Program-made: the position numbers and the translations under genes | Assembly (NCBI GenBank): GCA_021849295.1 | Contig: JAJZTA010000007.1 | Span: 64,007-128,006 of the forward strand | Direction of reading: 5' to 3' | Length of the DNA: 64,000 bases | Source: Pseudomonadota bacterium | GTDB lineage: Bacteria; Pseudomonadota; Alphaproteobacteria; Micavibrionales; UBA2020 | Shown here: positions 28,157 to 36,486 of the stretch, piece by piece | Layout of the letters: every line of letters starts with the position of its first letter | How positions within the stretch are numbered: the first letter of the stretch is position 1 | Notes under the pieces: generated by a model | Databases searched by the model: none | Seen by the model: only the letters and a program-made list of their open reading frames with translations | What the model was told of the DNA's origin: nothing

Positions 28157-29758
28157 TCACGTCCCCGGCTTTTTGGTCTTGTGGTGCTTGTTGGCGTTGG
28201 CGGCGGCTTGCGGGGCGTAGGGCTTGCCCGTATATCTCCGGCTCAGGTGGTCGAGATAGTATTTGGCGTTCAGCTTCTCGCCCGTGGCGGCGATCAGCAG
28301 CGCGTCGGTGGTCAGCTCCGAGCCCTTGGAGTGGATGTTCTTCTTCAGCCACTCGCGCAGCGGCTTGAAGTTTCCGGTGGCGAGCTCCTTGGGAATCTCC
28401 GGATGCGCCTTGGTGGCGGCGGCGTAAAGCTGCGCCGCGATCATGTTGCCGAGCGCGTAGGCGGGGAAGTAGCCGACGGCGCCGGTCGGCCAGTGGACGT
28501 CCTGCATGCAGCCCTTGGAATTGTCGGGCGGGGCGATGCCGAGCAGCTTTTGCATGCCGTCGTTCCACGCCTTGGGCAGGTCGTCGATGGCAAGCTTGTT
28601 CTCGATCAGCTCTTTTTCGAGCTTGTAGCGCAAGAGGATGTGCGCGGGATAGGTCAGCTCGTCCGCCTCGATGCGGATGAAGGAGGGGTTGACCTGATTG
28701 GCCAGCAGCTGCAGGTTTTCGGCCGAGAGCGCGGGGTCGTTGGGGCGGTTGAACACCTCGCGCGCCTGTTTTTCGAGATACCGGAAGAATTCCGGCTCGT
28801 GCGCGGCGTTGCGCTCCATGATGCCGGACTGGCTTTCATGCACCGCCATGCCCATCGAGGCGCCGACCGGCTCGTAGCGGTGTTTCAAAGGCGTGCCCTG
28901 CTCGTAGAGCGCGTGACCCGCCTCGTGCACGGTGGAATAGACGGCGGAGAGGAAGGAGTTTTCGTCCGAAGCGTCGGTGGTGAAGCGCACGTCCGAGGCG
29001 CTGCCGCCGGTCGAGGGGTGCGCGTCGATGGCGAACATCTTGCCGCGGGTGAAGTCGAACCCCATGGCCTCCGTCAGGCGGCGGCTGAGCTCGGCCTGCT
29101 GCTCCTGCGGGAAGGGGCCTTTGAGCGGCAGAGGCTGCGGGCCTTTCTTTTGCAGGTCGACCGCCTCGCGGATCAGCCCCGGCAGGGCCTTTTCAAGCGC
29201 CGCGAACTCGTGCGCCACGGTGGCGTCGGCGATGTCGGGCGAGAAGCTGTCGAGCAGCGCCTCGTAAACCGAGGCCATGCCGAGCTTCTCCTTGCGAATC
29301 TCCCCGACGGTGCGCATGACGTCGAAGGAATGCTTGTACCAGTCCTTCATTTTCGACCAGTCGCCGGTCTTGCGGAGTTCGGTGTGCAGCTTTTCGCCCT
29401 CGTTGCCGATGCGGGCGATCTCGGTCGCCAGCTCGTCGGAGAGGCCGGCCTGCGCAACCCAGGCGCGGCGCATCAGGGTGAGGTTGCGCTGGTCGATTTT
29501 GGAGAGGTTTTTCTTGTCCTGCTCCGCGTCGTCGAGCCATTCCTCCACTTTCGGGTCTTTAATCAGGTTGTGAGCAACCTCCGCCAAGGCCATGATTTGT
29601 CTGGAGCGGTCTTCCGCGCTGTTTTTCGGCATCACGGTTTCCGCATCCTTGTTGAGGATCGCGGCGGCGTTGTTGATGTCGATGATTTTCGCGAAGCGGT
29701 CTTGCAGTCTTTGATAGGCGCTCTTCGGTGCGGCGGGCATGTCCTGTTTCCTTTTCAT
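28157..29758 (-). CDS. M32 carboxypeptidase (Taq-type)
   Basis: 'HEAGHALYE', 'HESQS', 'IRIEADELTY' motifs. 533 aa from the ATG at 29756-29758 (alternative start 29740). Confidence 0.9.
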   Translation of the reverse strand: MKRKQDMPAAPKSAYQRLQDRFAKIIDINNAAAILNKDAETVMPKNSAEDRSRQIMALAEVAHNLIKDPKVEEWLDDAEQDKKNLSKIDQRNLTLMRRAWVAQAGLSDELATEIARIGNEGEKLHTELRKTGDWSKMKDWYKHSFDVMRTVGEIRKEKLGMASVYEALLDSFSPDIADATVAHEFAALEKALPGLIREAVDLQKKGPQPLPLKGPFPQEQQAELSRRLTEAMGFDFTRGKMFAIDAHPSTGGSASDVRFTTDASDENSFLSAVYSTVHEAGHALYEQGTPLKHRYEPVGASMGMAVHESQSGIMERNAAHEPEFFRYLEKQAREVFNRPNDPALSAENLQLLANQVNPSFIRIEADELTYPAHILLRYKLEKELIENKLAIDDLPKAWNDGMQKLLGIAPPDNSKGCMQDVHWPTGAVGYFPAYALGNMIAAQLYAAATKAHPEIPKELATGNFKPLREWLKKNIHSKGSELTTDALLIAATGEKLNAKYYLDHLSRRYTGKPYAPQAAANANKHHKTKKPGT

Positions 29759-29921
29759 GGGTGAATTTCGCAACTCAAAGTCTAGCAAACAGTTTACAAA
29801 AAAACAATTAACGCCCCCGCCGTCCGCGCCGCGCCGATTTGATAAATAGCCCCTTGAAAACATTATAGAAAAATCATTAAATTGAAGACATATAAAACGC
29901 AATCAGGAGGCACCCTCGATT

Positions 29922-31508
29922 ATGCTACCGGTCATGCAAGCGAACCCCGCGGACGTCATCGCCCATTTCATGCAGGTCATGAACCAGTCGACGGGAACGC
30001 TCTTTTCGAGCCTGAACCCCTACATCCTCGCGCCGGTTTTCGTCTCCGTCCTTTTGTTGCTGATCGGCTACTACAGAAATTACCAGTTTCCCGCCAACGC
30101 CATCGCCCGCGCGCTGGAGAAGGTGTCCTACGCGGTCTATCTCGCGCGGCAAACGCACAAGGGCGCGCCCGACAAGCTGGCGAGCGTACTCGACGGCATT
30201 TTCGCCCTGTCGCCGTTCAAGGATTTGTGGGCGGAATATTGCAGCTCGCTGCACACCATCGAGGGCGCCGGCGGCGAAACCGCCGTGCTGGCGACCGCGC
30301 CGGCGGAGGCGTTCTTCCCGCGCGAGGCGGTGGTCGACCAGCACATCAACGCCGATTTTTACCGCCACCTGCCTGGCATTCTTACCGGCATCGGCATCAT
30401 CGGCACGTTCAGCGGCCTCGTCTGGGGCCTGCACCAGTTCAACCCCGCCGCCAAGGACGCCGTCGCGTCGCTGCCGCTGCTGCTGCAGGAGGTGGCCTCG
30501 GCCTTCGTCGGCTCGGGCTTCGCCATTCTCGCCGCGATCTTCGTGACCTATAAGGAGAAATCCGCGCTCAACCGCTGCTACCGCGCCGCCGCCGAACTCA
30601 ACCGCGAGATCGACGGGCTTTACGCCACGGGCGTGGGCGAGGAATATCTCGCCCGCCTCGTCGCCGCGGTGGAAAACAACAACGCCGTGCAGCAAAAACA
30701 AACGCAAGTGCTGGCGGAGCATATCGCCGTCGCCGTGCGCGAGGCTTTGGCCGAGCCGATGCAAAAGCTCACCGCCGTGGTCGAGCGCGCCACCGCCAAT
30801 CAGGAGGAAGCCGTCGGCGACATTCTCCAACAAGTTTTAACGTCCTTCTCCGCGCAGCTCGACGAGATGTTCGGCAACCAGATCGAGCGGGTGAAGGCCT
30901 CCTTCGCCGACGCGACGGAAGCGATGGCGCAGGTGCGCGATTCCATGACCGCGCTGCTCGGCGACATGGCCTCGGTCGGCGTCAGCGCCGTCGACCAGAT
31001 GTCGGGCACGCTGAGCAAAGCCGCGGAGAACGCCTCGGCCGCGCAGGAAAAGCTCAACGACCAGACGCGCGTCTTTATCGACGATATCCGCGACCTTCTC
31101 ATCCGCAACCAGAACCAGACCGCGCAGGCGATGGACGTGACGATGCGCGCCGTGCTGGTGAAACTGCAGGGCGCCTTGACGCGTTTGGCCTCCGACCGCG
31201 CCGCGCAGATCGCCGATGACAAAAAGCGCATCGCCGAGCTGACCGGCGCGGTCGCCAAGCTGATCGCCAGCGTCGACGCCTCGGCGGAGCGCACGGCGCA
31301 CAGCATTAACACGCTGCACAGCGCCACTGGCGAGGTGATCTCGGGCATGAACGACGGCGCGGCCGTCATGCGTCAGGCGGCGGACAGGTTCGCGCTCGCG
31401 GGCCACACGCTCTCCGTCGCGCTGGAAAAATCCGGGGCGCTGACCGAAACCGTCGAACAGATGCAGGAACTGCTGGCCTCGGCCGTGCAGCTGCGGCAGG
31501 CGGTGTAA
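29922..31508 (+). CDS. ZorA-like MotA/ExbB-family proton-channel protein with long helical C-terminal tail
   Basis: 528 aa. TM1 around aa 34-51, a ~100-aa soluble segment, then the MotA/ExbB-type hairpin 'LPGILTGIGIIGTFSGLVWGL' and 'ASAFVGSGFAILAAIFVTY'. About 300 aa of Ala/Gln/Glu-rich helical sequence follow. AGGAGG RBS. Confidence 0.7.
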   Translation: MLPVMQANPADVIAHFMQVMNQSTGTLFSSLNPYILAPVFVSVLLLLIGYYRNYQFPANAIARALEKVSYAVYLARQTHKGAPDKLASVLDGIFALSPFKDLWAEYCSSLHTIEGAGGETAVLATAPAEAFFPREAVVDQHINADFYRHLPGILTGIGIIGTFSGLVWGLHQFNPAAKDAVASLPLLLQEVASAFVGSGFAILAAIFVTYKEKSALNRCYRAAAELNREIDGLYATGVGEEYLARLVAAVENNNAVQQKQTQVLAEHIAVAVREALAEPMQKLTAVVERATANQEEAVGDILQQVLTSFSAQLDEMFGNQIERVKASFADATEAMAQVRDSMTALLGDMASVGVSAVDQMSGTLSKAAENASAAQEKLNDQTRVFIDDIRDLLIRNQNQTAQAMDVTMRAVLVKLQGALTRLASDRAAQIADDKKRIAELTGAVAKLIASVDASAERTAHSINTLHSATGEVISGMNDGAAVMRQAADRFALAGHTLSVALEKSGALTETVEQMQELLASAVQLRQAV

Positions 31509-31514
31509 CAAGGC

Positions 31515-32285
31515 ATGTTCGCACGCACGCTCATCCGCAGACGCCCCCGCGACGAGGGCGAAAAACCCTTCTGGATCTCGTTCACCGACCTGATGACCGC
31601 CTGCATGACGGTCTTTCTCATCGTCATGGCGGTGACGGTCGTGACGCTGAAGGACGAGATCGCCCGCCTCGAGCGCATCAGCGCCGCCACGCACCGGCGG
31701 CAGGTGGAAATCGGGCGGTTCGCCGACGCGCTGCGGCTCGCCTCGGAGCGCAAATATCCCGACGTGCAGGTGAGCATCATCAAGGACAAGGTGGATATCG
31801 ACTTCGGCACGGACGTCAACTTTCTTTCCGGCTCGTCGGAGATCTCGGACGCGGGCGCGCGCTTTTTGCGCGGCTATCTGCCGATCGTCCTCTCCGCCGC
31901 CGAAACGCCGCTCGGAGAAAAATGGCTGAAGCGCGTAGTGGTCGAGGGCTATACCGACATCGACGGCAGCTATCTTTACAACCTCAACCTCAGCCTCGCG
32001 CGCAGCCGCGCCGTCGTCTGCACGCTCTTTACGCCGGGCGCTTCGCGCCCTGAATCCATATCAGACGCCTTCGCGTCGGGCGAACAGACCATGACGCGCC
32101 ACCAGCTCGAGCAGATGCGCGACCTTTTCCTCGTTGGCGGCTATTCGTTCAATTCCATGATGCCCTCGAAGGCGCAGAGCCGCCGCATCGAGCTGAAACT
32201 CGATTTCTGGCAGCTGGGCGAAAAGGCCGAGGACGCAAAACGCCCGCATCCCGATCTATCCGGCAAGCCTTTCGGGCATTGCTAG
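31515..32285 (+). CDS. ZorB-like MotB/OmpA-family protein
   Basis: 256 aa. 'FWISFTDLMTACMTVFLIVMAV' is a MotB-type TM helix with the conserved Asp. The OmpA-like peptidoglycan-binding motif is 'VVEGYTDIDGSYLYNLNLSLARSRAV'. Starts 6 nt after the ZorA-like stop. Confidence 0.75.
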   Translation: MFARTLIRRRPRDEGEKPFWISFTDLMTACMTVFLIVMAVTVVTLKDEIARLERISAATHRRQVEIGRFADALRLASERKYPDVQVSIIKDKVDIDFGTDVNFLSGSSEISDAGARFLRGYLPIVLSAAETPLGEKWLKRVVVEGYTDIDGSYLYNLNLSLARSRAVVCTLFTPGASRPESISDAFASGEQTMTRHQLEQMRDLFLVGGYSFNSMMPSKAQSRRIELKLDFWQLGEKAEDAKRPHPDLSGKPFGHC

Positions 32286-32878
32286 AGCTGATATTCTTTC
32301 AACACATCCTCGATCGCATCTCCGCCGCAGCCAAGGCCGACGGCGAGGAACAGCGTCTGGTTGCTGGCGCGGTCCTGAAACTGTTCCAGTAAAATCTGCA
32401 GGCCGTATTCCTGCGCCGCGGCGGCGGAGGCGAGGGCGGCCTTGGAAACGTCGCCCGCCGCCGCGATCTGTTTCGCCGCGCCCGCCGTGTCGCCCGCCTC
32501 GACGGACTTGAAGTTGTATTTGGCGATGTTCTTGCGGCACTGGTCGAGCGCCTGCCAGTGGCTGTAGACGGTGCGGATGTCCTCCAGCTTCGCGGCCGGC
32601 AGCCCGAGCAGACAGTGGTGGACCGGCAGCCACAGCGACTTTTCAACCTTATACCCGCCCGCGCGCAACGGCGGCAGCGCGTTGGTCACGGGGCCGGCGA
32701 TCTCGTTGGTGACGGGGATGACGGCGCGGTCGGCGTTGCCCGCATCCACCTCCTGCAGCGCCTCGGCGAAGGTGGCGCAGTGCAGCTTGTCGCAGGCGGG
32801 ATAAAGCGTTTCCGCGGCAAGGCCGGAATAGGCGCCCGCAAGTCCCTGAAAGGCGATGCGCGGTGTTGGCTGAGACAT
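32282..32878 (-). CDS. prephenate dehydratase catalytic domain protein lacking an ACT domain
   Basis: 198 aa with 'RIAFQGLAGAYS' and 'VYSHWQALDQC'. 'NQTLF' replaces the N-x-TRF motif, and the protein ends about 15 aa later. Confidence 0.75.
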   Translation of the reverse strand: MSQPTPRIAFQGLAGAYSGLAAETLYPACDKLHCATFAEALQEVDAGNADRAVIPVTNEIAGPVTNALPPLRAGGYKVEKSLWLPVHHCLLGLPAAKLEDIRTVYSHWQALDQCRKNIAKYNFKSVEAGDTAGAAKQIAAAGDVSKAALASAAAAQEYGLQILLEQFQDRASNQTLFLAVGLGCGGDAIEDVLKEYQL

Positions 32879-32880
32879 AG

Positions 32881-33576
32881 TTAGATGTGCGGCTTCGGGG
32901 TTTTCGGCTTTTGGGGCGCGGCGGGCTTCGGCGCGATCTGGCTAAAGGCGGCCTTTTTCGGGTCGTATTCGTGCAGCGCGCCTTTCTCCATGTCGAAATA
33001 CCAGCCGCTGACGGCGAGGCGGCCCTCGGCGACGGCCTTTTTGACCATCGGATATTCCATCACGTTTTTAAAGCTCATGATGACGGTCTGGCGCTCGGTC
33101 TCGCGCAGGAGCGCTTCCTTGTCGGTCAGGCCGACTTTCTTTTCGGCGAGGGTTTTGGCGTCCGCCGCCATTTGCACCCAGTCGTTGATCAGCGGATCGG
33201 TCGTGCCTTCGACCAGCGCGCCGACGGCGCCGCACTGCGAGTGGCCCATGATCACGAGCTGCTTGATCTTCTTCGTGTCGATGGCGTAGCTGAGCGCGGC
33301 GGCGAGTTCCGCCTGCTTGGCGGCGTCATAGGGCGGGATGATCGCGCCCATCTGCTGGCGCAGGAACTGCTGGCCCGGAGGCGCGTCGAAGACCACGTCC
33401 GCCCCGTTGCGCGGGTCGATGCAGTTGATGATGAAAAAATCCGGATGCGCGCCGTTCCGGACGAGCTTTTTCATGAGGCCTGCGCCGTTTTCGTAGTGCT
33501 TGCAGCGAAAGCGGTTGAAGCCCTCGGTCAGGGTTTCCTCAGTGGTTTTCGGGGGGTGCTGCATATCTCTCGGCAC
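32881..33576 (-). CDS. beta-class carbonic anhydrase (second copy, divergent)
   Basis: 'NCIDPR' fits CxDxR and 'GHSQCGA' fits HxxC. 231 aa with a Pro/Lys-rich tail. Confidence 0.8.
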   Translation of the reverse strand: MPRDMQHPPKTTEETLTEGFNRFRCKHYENGAGLMKKLVRNGAHPDFFIINCIDPRNGADVVFDAPPGQQFLRQQMGAIIPPYDAAKQAELAAALSYAIDTKKIKQLVIMGHSQCGAVGALVEGTTDPLINDWVQMAADAKTLAEKKVGLTDKEALLRETERQTVIMSFKNVMEYPMVKKAVAEGRLAVSGWYFDMEKGALHEYDPKKAAFSQIAPKPAAPQKPKTPKPHI

Positions 33577-33705
33577 GGCGAATCTCCATAGTTAAAATAC
33601 GGCTGGCATTAGAACATAGTATCCTTATTCTGTAAAGTGTTAAGTGCCGCTGTTTAAAAGGCTTCATCTTCGCCTGTCACCTGCGTACTATGTGCGGCGG
33701 CATCC

Positions 33706-34779
33706 GTGCCGGAAACCCCTATTTTTCAAGAGAGAACCAAGTTGAGCTATACGATCCTAAAGAAACTGCCGCCTATCGACGACATCATCCGCGAATTCCC
33801 CCTGTCCGACGCGGCGCGGGAACGCGCCCTGCACGACCGCCGCGAGGTGAAGAACATTCTGAACGGCGAGGACGACCGCCTGCTGCTGATCGTCGGCCCG
33901 TGCTCCGCCTGGCCGCAGGAAGCCGTGTTCGAATATGCCGAGAAGCTCGCGGCCCTGAACAAAAAAGTCTCCGGCCGGCTGAAGCTGGTGATGCGCTGCT
34001 ACATCCAGAAGCCGCGCACGACCAAGGGCTGGACCGGCCCCGTCAACCAGCCCGACCCCTGCGCCCCCGCGGACATCGAGGCGGGCATCCGCTACGCGCG
34101 CGGCATGATGGTGCGCGTGATCGAGGAAGGCCTGCCGATCGCCGACGAGGCGCTCTTCACCCACAACGCGCGCGGCTTCATCGAGCTGCTGTCGTGGGTC
34201 GCCATCGGCGCGCGCAGCGCGGAAGATCAGGAGCACCGCATCTTCGCCTCCGCGCTCGATTGCGCCGTGGGCATGAAAAACCCGACCCACGGCAATATCG
34301 GCATCGGCATCAACGGCATTGTCGCGGCGCAAAACCCGCACGTCGCCGTGTTCGAGGGCCACGAAGTGAAGACCGACGGCAATCCTTACGCCCACCTCGT
34401 GCTGCGCGGCGGCAACGGTCTGCCGAACTATTCCGTGGAACATATCGAAGAGGTTTTGCGCGGCATGGAGAAAAGCAAGATCAACAACCCCGCCGTGGTC
34501 ATCGACGTCAGCCACGACAACTGCCTCGTCGACGGCAAGAAGGACACCTCGCGCCAGCCGGACATCGCGGGCGAAATCCTCGACAGCCTGCAAGGGCGGG
34601 AAGATCTCCGCGCCATCGTCAAGGGCTTCATGATCGAGAGCTTCCTGAAACGCGGCAGCCAGAAGGTGGACGAAAGAAAACCCGAAGCCATCGACCGCGG
34701 CGGCCTCTCCATCACCGACCCGTGCCTCGGCTGGGAGGAGACGGAAGATTTGCTGCTCAGCCTCGCGAAAAGGGTATAA
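33706..34779 (+). CDS. aroG: class I 3-deoxy-7-phosphoheptulonate (DAHP) synthase
   Basis: 357 aa with 'IVGPCS', 'KPRTTKGWTG', 'IGARSAEDQEHR', 'VIDVSHDN'. Confidence 0.92.
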   Translation: MPETPIFQERTKLSYTILKKLPPIDDIIREFPLSDAARERALHDRREVKNILNGEDDRLLLIVGPCSAWPQEAVFEYAEKLAALNKKVSGRLKLVMRCYIQKPRTTKGWTGPVNQPDPCAPADIEAGIRYARGMMVRVIEEGLPIADEALFTHNARGFIELLSWVAIGARSAEDQEHRIFASALDCAVGMKNPTHGNIGIGINGIVAAQNPHVAVFEGHEVKTDGNPYAHLVLRGGNGLPNYSVEHIEEVLRGMEKSKINNPAVVIDVSHDNCLVDGKKDTSRQPDIAGEILDSLQGREDLRAIVKGFMIESFLKRGSQKVDERKPEAIDRGGLSITDPCLGWEETEDLLLSLAKRV

Positions 34780-34788
34780 ACACGCGCC

Positions 34789-35007
34789 TTACCCCGCCTT
34801 GTCTTGTATGTCGAACGCGATGGTGACGTTTGCGGCGGGGTCGGGCTGATATTCGCCGATCATGTCATGGGCGAAATGCCGCGCGAGGGCGCAGCAGTTT
34901 TGCAGCGACGTTTCCTCGACGATCAGGCCGGCAAGATCCTCCGAGGTCGCGAGGTAGACGCCTTCCTCTTCCTGCCATTCCACCTTGATGACGATTGTCT
35001 TTTTCAT
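34789..35007 (-). CDS. DUF1902 / HicB-like small protein
   Basis: 72 aa. 'VIKVEWQEEEGVYLATSEDLAGLIVEETSLQ' resembles the DUF1902 (HicB-fold) pattern. No HicA-like partner is seen. Confidence 0.55.
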   Translation of the reverse strand: MKKTIVIKVEWQEEEGVYLATSEDLAGLIVEETSLQNCCALARHFAHDMIGEYQPDPAANVTIAFDIQDKAG

Positions 35008-35091
35008 GATTCGGCCTCTGCATAGCTCTTAAGCAATAATATTACACCATTTACCCTAGCCCTGAAGTATTCTTTCCGCTAGAATTTTCAC

Positions 35092-35853
35092 ATGTCAAAT
35101 TCTGGTCACAAAGTGATTATCGCCGTCGACGGCCCCGCCGCGAGCGGCAAGGGCACCTTCGCCAAAGGTCTGGCGGCGCGGCTCGGCTATGCCTATCTCG
35201 ATACCGGCTCGATCTACCGCATGATCGCGCATGAAGTGCTGGAGCGCGGCGGCGATCCCGCCAGCGTCGCCGACGTCATGCCGGTTTTGAAGACCCTCAA
35301 ATACCCGCTGCCCGAAACCCTGCTGAAAAATCCCGATCTGCGCACGCCGCTGGTCGAGGACGCGACGCCGCGCGTCGGCGCGATGCCGGAAGCGCAGGCC
35401 GCCGTGCGCGCCTATCAGGAAGAATTCGTCAAGAACCCGCCCAATAACGCCGCGGGCGCGGTGCTGGACGGGCGCGACGTCGGCACCTCGGTGTTCCCGA
35501 ACGCGGACGTCAAGTTTTACATCACCGCCACGGCGGAAGAGCGCGCGCGCCGCCGCTTCGCGCAGCAGAAGGACGACAATCCGGGCCTGACGCTCGACAT
35601 GGTCCTGAAAGACATCAACCTCCGCGACCAGCGCGACATGAACCGCAAGTCCTCGCCGCTGCGCAAGGCCGACGACGCCTATCTGCTCGACACCACCAAC
35701 GACACGCCCGCCGAAGCGCTGGAGCGCGGCGTCGCCGTGGTGAAGCAGAAGCTCGCCGCGCAAAAGCCCCAGACAACCATCCAGAAAAAGCCCAAGCCGC
35801 AGCAAATGCCGAAACCGCATTTCGGCGCGCCGCAGTTCAAATTCGGTTTCTAG
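35092..35853 (+). CDS. cmk: (d)CMP kinase
   Basis: 'IAVDGPAASGKGT' P-loop, Cmk-like throughout, with a C-terminal Lys/Pro/Gln-rich extension. Confidence 0.92.
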   Translation: MSNSGHKVIIAVDGPAASGKGTFAKGLAARLGYAYLDTGSIYRMIAHEVLERGGDPASVADVMPVLKTLKYPLPETLLKNPDLRTPLVEDATPRVGAMPEAQAAVRAYQEEFVKNPPNNAAGAVLDGRDVGTSVFPNADVKFYITATAEERARRRFAQQKDDNPGLTLDMVLKDINLRDQRDMNRKSSPLRKADDAYLLDTTNDTPAEALERGVAVVKQKLAAQKPQTTIQKKPKPQQMPKPHFGAPQFKFGF

Positions 35854-35903
35854 AGCAAAGCCCGAGCGCGTGGAATCGCGCGCGATGACGGTTTGCTATT
35901 AAA

Positions 35904-36473
35904 CTATATATCTTTTTCGAAGCGTTTGTCCGGTACCAGCCACATCATGGCGACGGCGACGTAGAGCGCGAGCGCGATCCAGACGCTGACGAACGAGAGC
36001 GGCACCGCCGCCGCGTAAATCAGCGACGAGCCGATGCCCTTGTGGTCCTTGCCGATGGCGATGCCGAGCGGCGAGCCGGGGCCGTGCAGGTGGATCAGCG
36101 CGTGGGCGAGGATGTAATAGGCCACCGACGCCATGAACAGGATGAAGCCGTAGAGCGCGACCGGCACCGGCGCAAGATGGTTCTGCCCCATCCAGTGGGT
36201 GGTGAAGGGGATCAGCGTCAGCCAGAACAGCAGGTGCAGGTTCGCCCACAGAACGGCGCCGTTGACCTTGTTGGTCGCGTGCAGCATGTGGTGATGGTTG
36301 CTCCAGTAGATGCCGACGTAGATATAGCTCAGCACGTAGCTCATGAAGACGGGCAGTACGGGCACCAGCGAATGCAGCGACGCGCCCGCCGGCGCGTACA
36401 TCTGCAGAACCATAATGGTGATGATGATGGCGATCACGCCGTCGCTGAAGGCTTCCATGCGGTTTTTGGTCAT
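35904..36473 (-). CDS. TMEM175-family (DUF1211) potassium channel
   Basis: 'RMEAFSDGVIAIIITIMVL' hallmark motif. 189 aa, 6 TM helices. Confidence 0.85.
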   Translation of the reverse strand: MTKNRMEAFSDGVIAIIITIMVLQMYAPAGASLHSLVPVLPVFMSYVLSYIYVGIYWSNHHHMLHATNKVNGAVLWANLHLLFWLTLIPFTTHWMGQNHLAPVPVALYGFILFMASVAYYILAHALIHLHGPGSPLGIAIGKDHKGIGSSLIYAAAVPLSFVSVWIALALYVAVAMMWLVPDKRFEKDI

Positions 36474-36486
36474 CGCCTGTCTCCTG

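Noticed and set aside
28157-33576. A complete Zorya system (ZorC/D/E/F/G) around the ZorAB-like pair.
   Set aside because: The neighbours are confidently an M32 carboxypeptidase, a prephenate dehydratase and a carbonic anhydrase. No extra ORF with helicase or nuclease features is present in any frame.
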